Assembly: GCA_002869225.1 (NCBI GenBank)
Contig: PKTG01000122.1
Coordinates: forward strand, 32,071 to 96,070
DNA: 64,000 nucleotides
Origin: Candidatus Muiribacterium halophilum
GTDB lineage: Bacteria > Muiribacteriota > Muiribacteriia > Muiribacteriales > Muiribacteriaceae
Direction of reading: 5' to 3'
Part shown: piece by piece, positions 49,453 to 59,002 of the stretch
Position numbering within the stretch: position 1 is the stretch's first letter
Layout of the letters: each line of letters starts with the position of its first letter
Program-made: the position numbers and the translations under genes
Notes under the pieces: model-generated
Seen by the model: the letters and a program-made list of their open reading frames with translations, nothing else
Database searches by the model: none
What the model was told of the DNA's origin: nothing

Positions 49453-50499
49453 ATGCTTAAAGAATTTTTAATGTCAGGCTATAATGAAGTATATGGTTTC
49501 ATTATAGGACACATTTTTATAATAATACCTGCTTTTTTATTATCCGGTGCTATTGGTTCTCTTGTAAATAAATTTAAGATTCTTAAATACTGTGGTCCGC
49601 AGGCTAATAAAGCTGTTGCGTATACACTTTCGTCCTGTGTCGGGGTTTGTCTTTCAGTCTGTGCTTGTGGAATAATCCCGCTTTTTGGTTCTCTATACAC
49701 TTCCGGTGCTGGAATAGGACCCGCTATAACGTTTCTTTTTTCAGGACCTGCTATAAATATAACTGCGATAGTCCTTACCTTTATGATGATGGGAACGAAG
49801 ATGGGAATAGCTAGGATGTTGCTGACCTTCTTTGGAGCGTATCTTATCGGGATAATATTCTCACTTGTGTTTAAGGGGAATATAGGAGATTATAAAAAGG
49901 AAAAGAAGCCGATTAAAGATAATGATAGAAAAGGTTGGCAGACTTCCACCTTGTTCTTTTTTCTTATCACCTTCACATTTCTTCCTGCTTTCGACAAGAT
50001 CCCGTATAAGCTCAAATGGACACTTTATGGTATAAACTTTCTAATAATATGTTTTGTAGCCTGGAAGTTTCTTTCAAAAGATGAGATCATCTCATGGCTA
50101 AAGAAGACAAGACATTTTACCGCAAAGATAATAGTTCCTATGATGATCGGTGTTTTCATGATCGGTGTCTTAAGGAATTATTTTGGAAATTCTGAATCCG
50201 ATATAATCTTTTTCATAAGAGGAAATACCTGGAGAGCAAATTTCATAGCTTCTATTGCTGCTGCCATAATATACTTTGGCTCCTGTGTCTCTGTTCCTTT
50301 TGTTGCCGCACTCATGGCTATGGGACTTCACCATGGACCAGCTATGGCGCTGCTTATTGCCGGACCGGCTGTTAGTTTTCCAACATTTCTTGCAATAAGA
50401 AACATAATGGGTTTTAAAAGGAGTTTTTTATATATTTCTCTTGTTGTCGTATTTGCTACAATAGTAGGAAAACTTTTTGGTAGTATGGTCGTCATATAA
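49453..50499 (+). CDS. Predicted permease (PF03773/YraQ-ArsP-like)
   Basis: About 9 TM helices with the Cys-rich helix SSCVGVCLSVCACGIIPLFGS, typical of this family. Confidence 0.6.
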   Translation: MLKEFLMSGYNEVYGFIIGHIFIIIPAFLLSGAIGSLVNKFKILKYCGPQANKAVAYTLSSCVGVCLSVCACGIIPLFGSLYTSGAGIGPAITFLFSGPAINITAIVLTFMMMGTKMGIARMLLTFFGAYLIGIIFSLVFKGNIGDYKKEKKPIKDNDRKGWQTSTLFFFLITFTFLPAFDKIPYKLKWTLYGINFLIICFVAWKFLSKDEIISWLKKTRHFTAKIIVPMMIGVFMIGVLRNYFGNSESDIIFFIRGNTWRANFIASIAAAIIYFGSCVSVPFVAALMAMGLHHGPAMALLIAGPAVSFPTFLAIRNIMGFKRSFLYISLVVVFATIVGKLFGSMVVI

Positions 50500-50501
50500 T
50501 A

Positions 50502-52211
50502 ATGAGTGTATTAATATTAAACTATGACCCTTCAGGTCTTTATAAGAGAAATGAGGTCTTGAACTGCCTTTTATTAGCAGCTTTGCTTAAAAGACATTCT
50601 ATTTCCTATAAAATAAAAGAGATATCATCGATTTCTGATGAGGTTGTAAATGATGAAAGATTTGTCGTCATAACCTCAAGAGAGAAAAAGGTTCAGGAGC
50701 TTGCTTTAAAAATAAAAAAAAGATACAAGACAAAGGTTTTGATATTCTTTCATGAGTATTTCTCTTTTTTTATAAACAAAGATTTCTTAAAAATAGTCGA
50801 TATTGTTGTTGTTGGTAATGGGTTTAATGCTATAATTGATTTGATAAAAGATTTGAAAAGGAAAGAAACTGGTATAAAAAGTACTGCCTGGCTAAGTAAT
50901 GGAGTGGTGAATATCAATTCATCTCAAAACCCGATTGATCTTAAAAAGGTAGGTAAGTTACCCTACTCAAAATACCCTGGTTGTGGAATATATAAAGAAG
51001 CTGCTTTTAAATATTCTCCTTATGAGGAAGGAAAGGATGCTGCTCTTATCTTTTTTTCCAGAGGATGTAAGTCAAGATGCAGTTTTTGTATAAATCCTAT
51101 TTTTTATAAAAGAAAAGTGTATTATCGTGATCCATTTGATGTTCTTGAAGATATTGATTTTTTTATAGAAAAAGGAATCGTTCATTTCTCTTTCGAGGAC
51201 GAGAACCTTATTGCAGATAGAAAAAGGTTTAATGAACTCTATACCCATATTAAAAAGAAGAATATAATGTATAGATGTCACGGTGCTATTCGTGATATTG
51301 ATAATTCTATTTTAAAAAAACTTTTCGAGAGTGGTTGCAAAAGGTTGGATATTGGTATCGAGACTGCATCACTTGATCTTCAAAGCAAAATAAACAAGAT
51401 AAACGGTGTAAAACGTGTGATTAAAGTATGTAATCAGGTAAAGTCCTTTGGCATAAGACCTTTTATACTTATGATGCTTGGTTTTCCTGGCGAGACCAGG
51501 GAAGATCTTTTAAAGACCAAAGGTTTTCTTGAGATCTTAGAGAAAAATGGGATGGAGTTTGGTCTATCCTTGTTTAGACCACTTCCTGGAACTTGTTTTG
51601 AAAAGATAAAAGGAATAACTGAAACAGGTTTTTCCAGCCATGGTAAAGATGTTCTTCATTATATAGGTGACGAGACAGATGTAGATGAAATAAAACGTAT
51701 TTATAAAAGATTTACATCAAAAAAACTCATTATCCCTAATGAATCAAAGTCAATAAAAGTTGTTAGAAACGGAAGTTCTTTTATTAGAGCCGATGAATAT
51801 TTTGAAGCTGATTTCAAACCGGTTCCTTTAAATATATGGAACGGGGATAAGTGGGATAGTAAAGGACTTGCTCATCTTGTTGGAAGATTCAAAGGTTATA
51901 TAAAGTATAGATTTTCAAGCAGTGAAAGTTTTAAAGCAAATATTAAAATCAGATTTAGAGCGTGTACCCAGACAGATGAAAAGGGAAATCTTGTTATTAC
52001 AATAAACGAAAATAAGAAAGAGGTATACATACCAGAAAAAAGTGAATCGGGTGAAATATTATGTGTTGAGTTTGAAAATATAACGGTAGATATTAAAAAT
52101 GAGCTATGCATCCTATGCAACTCTGAGATGGGGTTGAGTCTTTTCTTATCTTTTGATGATTCAAAAGTGGATAATAAAAGTATAGAAATAAGTACTTGTG
52201 ATGTGTTATAA
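50502..52211 (+). CDS. B12-binding-domain radical SAM protein with a ~170-aa beta-rich C-terminal extension
   Basis: FSRGCKSRCSFC (CX3CX2C) after a Rossmann-like N-domain. The C-terminal third matches no motif I recognise. Confidence 0.7.
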   Translation: MSVLILNYDPSGLYKRNEVLNCLLLAALLKRHSISYKIKEISSISDEVVNDERFVVITSREKKVQELALKIKKRYKTKVLIFFHEYFSFFINKDFLKIVDIVVVGNGFNAIIDLIKDLKRKETGIKSTAWLSNGVVNINSSQNPIDLKKVGKLPYSKYPGCGIYKEAAFKYSPYEEGKDAALIFFSRGCKSRCSFCINPIFYKRKVYYRDPFDVLEDIDFFIEKGIVHFSFEDENLIADRKRFNELYTHIKKKNIMYRCHGAIRDIDNSILKKLFESGCKRLDIGIETASLDLQSKINKINGVKRVIKVCNQVKSFGIRPFILMMLGFPGETREDLLKTKGFLEILEKNGMEFGLSLFRPLPGTCFEKIKGITETGFSSHGKDVLHYIGDETDVDEIKRIYKRFTSKKLIIPNESKSIKVVRNGSSFIRADEYFEADFKPVPLNIWNGDKWDSKGLAHLVGRFKGYIKYRFSSSESFKANIKIRFRACTQTDEKGNLVITINENKKEVYIPEKSESGEILCVEFENITVDIKNELCILCNSEMGLSLFLSFDDSKVDNKSIEISTCDVL

Positions 52212-52241
52212 TTATACTAATTCAATCAAAACGGAGGGAAA

Positions 52242-53087
52242 ATGAAAAAAACACTTTCAATTCTACTTATTATGATATTCATTCTTTCAACCAATGTATT
52301 TTCGGAAGAAGCGACAATGGAGTCTCTTATAAAAGAATATCCTGAACTTGAAAAGGAAATCAGATTAAATTATAGAGCTGAGTTCGATTATTCTGTGGAT
52401 GGTTTTAGTGTAACGGATGATGTAATAGGGTTTCAAAACTTCGGACTTGATAAGAAGAGAGACGGAAGTACAAATGAGTTTACTTATGAAGATGTTCTTT
52501 CAAGAGGACAGGAAAGAAATCTTCTTCTTTCAAACACTGGTTGGGCGCATTGTTTTGCAATGTCATTTCTTACTAAACAGTTTTTTGATCACGGTAATTT
52601 TTCTACAGCTATTAGCTCTGACAATATTAAAAGACTTATAGAGGATATCTCAAAAAAGAAAAATAGAGATATACCAGGGGAAAATCTCTGGAAATTTTCG
52701 AGAAAATATAAAAAAGATATGAAAAAAGTTCTTGAACCACTACAGAAAAAATTGTTTTTTAATCTATCAAGTATAGGTCTTCTTTTTGGTTCGGATCAGA
52801 AAAAAGCATATAAAGAGATAAGAGATACCATAAAAAGTGACAATTTATGCCTTATTGGTCTAAAAAAGTCTCTCACATGGCAGCATGTCGTGGTTGGTTA
52901 TAGAGCGATAAAAAGAGGAAATGATGTATATATTTATATTTATGATTCAAATTATCCGTATGTCTCAGATGATATTAACAATGATTACATCACAAAACGA
53001 CCAAAATATATAAGATATGATATAAGTAAGAAAAAATTCAGATCTTCCAGTTATGGAGATATAAAAGTATTTAAGATATATAGATAA
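52242..53087 (+). CDS. Secreted protein, possible papain-fold Cys/His hydrolase
   Basis: Signal peptide. Candidate nucleophile context NTGWAHCFAMSF and His strand WQHVVVGY followed by YDSNYP. Confidence 0.3.
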   Translation: MKKTLSILLIMIFILSTNVFSEEATMESLIKEYPELEKEIRLNYRAEFDYSVDGFSVTDDVIGFQNFGLDKKRDGSTNEFTYEDVLSRGQERNLLLSNTGWAHCFAMSFLTKQFFDHGNFSTAISSDNIKRLIEDISKKKNRDIPGENLWKFSRKYKKDMKKVLEPLQKKLFFNLSSIGLLFGSDQKKAYKEIRDTIKSDNLCLIGLKKSLTWQHVVVGYRAIKRGNDVYIYIYDSNYPYVSDDINNDYITKRPKYIRYDISKKKFRSSSYGDIKVFKIYR

Positions 53088-53092
53088 AAATT

Positions 53093-54043
53093 TTGAAAAA
53101 AATAGTATTAATCTTTTTAATTTTATTATTTACATATGCACACGGACTTAAAGTCGGTGTGCTTATGCCTTTCGGATCAAAAAAAGATCCTACCTTTGGA
53201 TATATGGTGAAGAAGGGAATCGAGTTATTTTAAGAAAAATATTCTCATATTGATATTGAGATAGCATATCCATCACCTGGTGTTCCTTTTACATCCTATT
53301 TGAAATATTTTTCCTTGAAAAGCGATTACATTATAGCTGCGGGATTCATGTATAAAGAAGCGCTTTACGAACAGGCTAAGAAGAATATAGATGTAAAGTA
53401 TTTTTTAGTGGATAGTTGTGTAGATCTTCCGAATGTATGTTCAATAGTATTTGATGATTATCAGGCTGCTTTTGTAGCTGGTGTTATGACAGCAAAGTTT
53501 TTTGCTAACTGGAACCTTGCATTTATAGGAGCCTCTCCGTCCTTTTTATCTGATAATTTTTATTATGGTTTTTTTAACGGATTAAGATATCAGGGTTATG
53601 ATAAGGATTTTGAAAAATATTTTATTTCAAATGAAATAGTCGGTTTTGTGAATCCACAGAAGGGAAGGGCGCTTGCTGATAAACTATTCTCAAAAGATAC
53701 AGACCTGATATTTGCGCCAAGTGGAGCGAGTTCGATCGGGGTATTACAATCAGCTGTAAAAAATGAGAAGTTTGTAATAGGAATTGACAGACCATTTGAA
53801 GATCTATCAGAAAACGGTGTTGTCTTTTCTTTATCAAAAAGAATTGATAAAGCCTTGTATAAGGTCTTATATCAATCAATAATCGAAAACGATTTTCAAT
53901 CCAGAAAAGTGCTTTTTGATTTCTCCAACGGTGGTTATGAGATACCATATAGAAAAAGATTAGAACGCGTATATGGATATTATAAGATGAAATGGTACGA
54001 TGAATTTATTCAAAAGGTGATAAACGATGAGATCGTTTACTAG
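53093..54043 (+). pseudogene. BMP/PnrA-family substrate-binding lipoprotein with an in-frame TAA (53231-53233)
   Basis: TTG 53093 opens a signal peptide and LKVGVLMPFGSKKDPTFGYMVKKGIELF, then TAA, then the same frame continues (EKYSHIDIEIAY...) into track ORF 53300. BMP landmarks: IAAGFMY, FLVDS, NV.SIVF, FVAGV, GIDRP. Confidence 0.75.
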
Positions 54044-55973
54044 AAAAAACTTTATATTCTTTGTTTTTATATTATTTTTATTTCTAAATACTTTTGCTCA
54101 GTTAAAAGAACTCAGTCAGGAGGATATGCTTTCCATACTGGTTCTTGAATTAAAGGATGTTTTAAACGAAAATAATGCTTCATATCTGCTAAGTTTTGAG
54201 AAAGAAACAAGTAAAGATTTTAGAGATCAGTTAAAAGACAGTCTTATATCTTTAAATCGTTCTCTTTCTTCAGAAAACATCAATAACGTAGACCTTCTAA
54301 AGATCAAAGAACTTATTGATACAATCAATTCTCTTATTGAACCGGAATCAATATTGATGACTATTCGTGATATATCGAAAAACACCGGTGGAAATAAAGT
54401 GAGAAATGATAAAAAACTTTTTTTACAGTACGATGAAAAAAGATCAAAGATCGGATTGTTTTCAAAAAGTTCGGATATATCAATAGAGCAAATAGCTCCT
54501 GTCTTTAAGGAAATACTGGATGTTAAAGAAAGAACAGGAGAGTTGAATATTTATAATTCAGCTGCTTTTCAGGGAGATAGCCTTGTTATCGAAAATAATG
54601 GGGAAAGTTTAGAGTTAACTTCATTATTAGATATAAAAGGAAAAAATGTGAACCTTTGTTTTTCAGGAAACATTGAAGATCGTAAGACGTTTCCTGAAAA
54701 ACCTGGAGATATGGTCTCTTTTTTTAGAAAAGAAAATATAATCATACCTTCATCGGCCTCGTTAGGTGGAGGGATATCTTTTTCTGAAAACGCTTTTTAT
54801 ATAATGTCCGGAGATTTTGTGTTTGATCTTATTAAGATATCTGAAAAGAACATAAAGTTAAAGATATTTCCTTATTATAAATCACCTTTACTCTATGGTG
54901 TTAAATTCTATCCTGAAAAAAATAATTTAACGAAGATATTCAGGATAGATACTAAACTAGCTGAAAAAAATAGAATGTTCCTTAGTTATGTCATAAACAT
55001 TGATAATATTGAGAGTAAAAAAGTCTTAAAAGATCTTTTTAAAAAAAGAATAAGTCTCAGAAACGTGCAGGACTTTGAAGATACAGCAGATTCATTTCTT
55101 GCAAGTGAGAAACTTCTTTCACTTATTGATATCGAGAATATATTTCAGAAAGAAAGAGGACTAGACCCGATTAAGAGGAGAGTATCTAAAGAAGATGTAT
55201 CTGGAGAAATAGTGCCCGATTATGGACTTGATTCAAAAATATCTGATATAAAATTGAAAAATGGACAGTTTTTGACTGAAATAATATACAAAGATAGAGA
55301 TGAAAATAAAAGAAAAGTCTCCGTGCTTTCGAAGGTGCGGGAAAAAAGCGTTTCTAACGAGATTGGATCCTATAGAGATAAAAACGATGTAGGAATAGTG
55401 TTTTTAAGATCGAATAAAAAAGATTATTTATTATCCCAGAGATTTATAGATGATAAAAACTGTCTTAGGGATGAGATGAAAAAGGATTTTTATAATATAA
55501 TATCCTCTGTTGCTCCAACCTCAGCTATTAAAGAACTGCTTTTAGTAAATGATTCGTATGATATATTACAAGGTTATAGGTTAAAGCAGAATATATTATA
55601 TGAATTTTCCAATAAATCTATATTAAAAGATGAACTAAAAGAAAAAGTCAAAGCGTTTTTTGCAGATCTTTCACAGTACCTGGATTGTCTATCGGAGCAG
55701 GAAAAGAGAGACCTTCAGAATAATATAAGATTATTGATAGGTATGGTTTTAGAAAATAATAAGATGGATATAGAGCGAAATATAAAGAAAATAATGCTTG
55801 AAAAACCGGATGACAATATTCTTATCTTTCTTGAAAATATAGGTGTGTTAAAAAGACTTGCGGCAGATATATCGGTTGAAGCAAAAGGAATCAAGCCGGT
55901 AGAGTTGAGAGAGAAAAACGTTGATTATTATGTTGATGTATCGCAGCTACTCTCTCTTTACAGATTTTTTTAA
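54027..55973 (+). CDS. Large secreted protein of unknown function
   Basis: Signal peptide (FIFFVFILFLFLNTFAQ). 648-aa uninterrupted ORF with coding-like composition. No motif recognised. Confidence 0.5.
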   Translation: MRSFTRKNFIFFVFILFLFLNTFAQLKELSQEDMLSILVLELKDVLNENNASYLLSFEKETSKDFRDQLKDSLISLNRSLSSENINNVDLLKIKELIDTINSLIEPESILMTIRDISKNTGGNKVRNDKKLFLQYDEKRSKIGLFSKSSDISIEQIAPVFKEILDVKERTGELNIYNSAAFQGDSLVIENNGESLELTSLLDIKGKNVNLCFSGNIEDRKTFPEKPGDMVSFFRKENIIIPSSASLGGGISFSENAFYIMSGDFVFDLIKISEKNIKLKIFPYYKSPLLYGVKFYPEKNNLTKIFRIDTKLAEKNRMFLSYVINIDNIESKKVLKDLFKKRISLRNVQDFEDTADSFLASEKLLSLIDIENIFQKERGLDPIKRRVSKEDVSGEIVPDYGLDSKISDIKLKNGQFLTEIIYKDRDENKRKVSVLSKVREKSVSNEIGSYRDKNDVGIVFLRSNKKDYLLSQRFIDDKNCLRDEMKKDFYNIISSVAPTSAIKELLLVNDSYDILQGYRLKQNILYEFSNKSILKDELKEKVKAFFADLSQYLDCLSEQEKRDLQNNIRLLIGMVLENNKMDIERNIKKIMLEKPDDNILIFLENIGVLKRLAADISVEAKGIKPVELREKNVDYYVDVSQLLSLYRFF

Positions 55974-56077
55974 ATAATATGTATTTGAATTGTATATTTA
56001 TTTTTAGTTTGATATTATATTATAATACTTTGAATGTAGTATTAATATATATAAAAAAATAAACAAGGGGAAAATTT

Positions 56078-56863
56078 ATGAGGAAAACTTTTATTTATCT
56101 TATCATGTTAATGATCTGCCTCTCTATGACTATAGAGGCAAAAGATATCAAAGTGGAAAATGCTTTTATTACCTATGTATATGGGTCAGTTAAAATTAAA
56201 TCTGGCGAAGCAGCTTCATGGGAAAAAGCTAAGATCAAACAAAAAATAGGAGTAGGAGATACTCTTAAAACAGGAAGAAGATCAAAGGCTGAAATAAATA
56301 TTTCAGGTAAAAAGATAATAAAGATCAAACCTAATACCGAGATCGAGATTCCTAAAGTTTACGAAAATGAAGGTGGTTTATTTCAGACAATAAAACTTCT
56401 TTTTGGATATGTTCATGTCAATGGTAAAAAGGTTGATGGCGAATTTAATATTCAGACACCTAAAGCAATTTGTGGAATTAGAGGAACAAGATATACTCTT
56501 CAGGTAGCAGGTCCTAGAGAAGTGCTAACAGTTCTTTCAGGTTCTGTTATGTATTCTACTTTTAACAAAAAAGTCTCAAAGCTTGTTAAAAAAGGTGAGA
56601 AGATAACAGTAAAGAAGGCTGAAGAAATAAAAGTCGAAAAGGTAAACGTTGTCAAAGAAGAAAAAAAGGTAATAAAAGAATTCATACAGAAAGAGACGGA
56701 ATCAATAGAATCACAAGCTGAAGAACTTATAGAAACAGGTAGCATAGAAGAAGCTGTTGATTCTGTAACGGATAATTTTGATGTGAATGTTGATCTTACA
56801 CCAACTGAGACATCAACTGTCGGTGAGACAAAACCAAAGGGAAGTCTTCATATTAACTGGTAA
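56078..56863 (+). CDS. FecR-domain secreted protein
   Basis: Signal peptide, then GSVKIKSGEAASWEKAKIKQKIGVGDTLKTGRRSKAEINISGKKIIKIKPNTEIEI (FecR-domain pattern). Confidence 0.55.
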   Translation: MRKTFIYLIMLMICLSMTIEAKDIKVENAFITYVYGSVKIKSGEAASWEKAKIKQKIGVGDTLKTGRRSKAEINISGKKIIKIKPNTEIEIPKVYENEGGLFQTIKLLFGYVHVNGKKVDGEFNIQTPKAICGIRGTRYTLQVAGPREVLTVLSGSVMYSTFNKKVSKLVKKGEKITVKKAEEIKVEKVNVVKEEKKVIKEFIQKETESIESQAEELIETGSIEEAVDSVTDNFDVNVDLTPTETSTVGETKPKGSLHINW

Positions 56864-56877
56864 AAAGGAGGAAGAGA

Positions 56878-58986
56878 ATGAAAAAGATTTTAAGCTTAAT
56901 ATTATGTATAACTTTAGTTCTTCTATTTACCGGTTGTGGTAGCTCAACCGTTGCTGTAGATCCTGTAAATCAACAGGATCTTATTAGAAATGGCTCTCAA
57001 GCAAAGAATGCTGTCAATATCAGTGTTGAGTGGCCAAAAGAATTGAAGAACGTTAATGGTGCACCACCTGCTGGATATAATATAACCACTATGGAAGTGT
57101 TCCTTATTGGTGAAAAGTATCTTGAAGCGCAGATGGGTGAATATTATGATGAATCACTTTTTGATACGAAACTATATCAGGAAGAGATGTATTCTGATAG
57201 TAATTATTATTATAGTCCTATGAGACCGGATAAACTAATGGGTCTTGCTGGACCAAGAAGGACTGATACCAACTCCCATTTTACTGAAATCTACGGAATT
57301 GGTTCAGATGAAGTCGATGCTTATTCATATTTTTTCGATGTGACTCCGTCAAGTGAATATTATGAAGGAGCGACTATTGAAGATATAAATGCGGGTGAAT
57401 ATATACTCTTTTTGTATGCGATCAATTCATCCAACACTCCGGTGTTTTATTCGGCCAAACCAGTCTCTGTAATAGAGAACGAGACTACAAATGCAGAGAT
57501 AACAGAATGTTACTGGATGAACCTATCCGGATATGACTTTCCATCATATCCGTATTTTACTAGTGTATATGCTTCATACATAACATCAGGTGGGACTTTT
57601 AATACAAATGTGGATTATAGCACTACAGATACTTTGACTATTAGTTTAAACGATATGCTCAATGCATCTCAAGATTCTATAACTTTATATTATTATTATG
57701 AACCTAATGATGATGTCAATCTGGCAACTACTCAAAATGTCATTCCTACTGGGCTTACCTATACAACGTCGTCTCTTGATGCGACTTATAGTCCAACTAC
57801 ACAGCAGGCTGGAACTATCACTATATCAGGACTTACCTCGACATCAGCGGGCACTTATGTAGTATCCTATCAGATATATGATCCTAATGATCCAACTATA
57901 TATAGTGCTTGTGCTTTTAATCTTGTTCTGACCTATACTACACCAACTGCAACCAGGCCAACTGTAAACTCATTTGGTAATACTACCACTATGAACCTTG
58001 AACATCCTTATTTTCATATTGGTACAGGTGATGAGCAGGATGGTTTTATAACAAGTACATCCCCGTTTGCTCCAGCAACAGGAGTAAGTCTTGATGGCAA
58101 TCTTTATGATAAAGACGGTTTTGTTGGTATTTATTACAGTACAGTTGATCATACTGTCGCAAAACCTGCAACTTTCTCCTATACAGTAGAAAATGCAGCG
58201 AGTGGTATCGATATATCATCAACTAATTTCCCAACTTATACTGAGCAGACTATGATAACAGATGAGTATGGATTGGATTTTGATTTCGATCTTACAAATA
58301 TGCCTTCCACACAGGGAAGTTATATACTTTCATATCCGCTTACCGTCGATGGTCTTGATATTACAGAAGAGATACATCTTTTTATTGAGGATGGACTCTA
58401 TGTTGATACTCAATCTGTTGCTAGTCTTAACACTGGTGGAACTTTAGGAACAGATATATATGAATTTACTGCAAGTGGAACTATTGAAGCTGATAAAGGA
58501 TCTCCTAACGATGGAGCGCATGGTTACAGTAGGGTTGATTTTACTACATCTACTTTGCCTTCAGCAACTTCCACATATGTTGCTACTTTACCGATTCCGG
58601 CTTCTATACCAACTAGTGTTGGTCTTGTAGAACTTACTCCTTCTGACATAGCTTATTTTGCTATGGCTGAGACTCCTCTTAGTGGAGAAGCTGTTTTGTT
58701 TGCTCAATTAATAGCTAACAACTTCCAGGTAACATCAAGCTTAACAGATAGCGGTCAGCCTTTTGATGGAAAGGTATCGTTTAATCTTTCGCATGATGGA
58801 AGTTCTCAGTATGAACTTACCATGGAGATTCAGGGACTAAACGCCTCATTTGCTTCTACAAACAATTTTTCAGGTTCTGATGAAGTGTGGTACATAATTC
58901 ATCTAAGAAACAAAGATAATGTTCTTGGAAGCACTACTTACGGGAAAAAGTATTACATATTTGGCAAAATAACATTTGCTTATTAA
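56878..58986 (+). CDS. Large lipoprotein of unknown function (Thr/Ser-rich)
   Basis: Lipobox LLFTGC after a signal peptide. 702-aa ORF. Confidence 0.55.
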   Translation: MKKILSLILCITLVLLFTGCGSSTVAVDPVNQQDLIRNGSQAKNAVNISVEWPKELKNVNGAPPAGYNITTMEVFLIGEKYLEAQMGEYYDESLFDTKLYQEEMYSDSNYYYSPMRPDKLMGLAGPRRTDTNSHFTEIYGIGSDEVDAYSYFFDVTPSSEYYEGATIEDINAGEYILFLYAINSSNTPVFYSAKPVSVIENETTNAEITECYWMNLSGYDFPSYPYFTSVYASYITSGGTFNTNVDYSTTDTLTISLNDMLNASQDSITLYYYYEPNDDVNLATTQNVIPTGLTYTTSSLDATYSPTTQQAGTITISGLTSTSAGTYVVSYQIYDPNDPTIYSACAFNLVLTYTTPTATRPTVNSFGNTTTMNLEHPYFHIGTGDEQDGFITSTSPFAPATGVSLDGNLYDKDGFVGIYYSTVDHTVAKPATFSYTVENAASGIDISSTNFPTYTEQTMITDEYGLDFDFDLTNMPSTQGSYILSYPLTVDGLDITEEIHLFIEDGLYVDTQSVASLNTGGTLGTDIYEFTASGTIEADKGSPNDGAHGYSRVDFTTSTLPSATSTYVATLPIPASIPTSVGLVELTPSDIAYFAMAETPLSGEAVLFAQLIANNFQVTSSLTDSGQPFDGKVSFNLSHDGSSQYELTMEIQGLNASFASTNNFSGSDEVWYIIHLRNKDNVLGSTTYGKKYYIFGKITFAY

Positions 58987-59002
58987 TATAGGAGAAAAAG
59001 CT

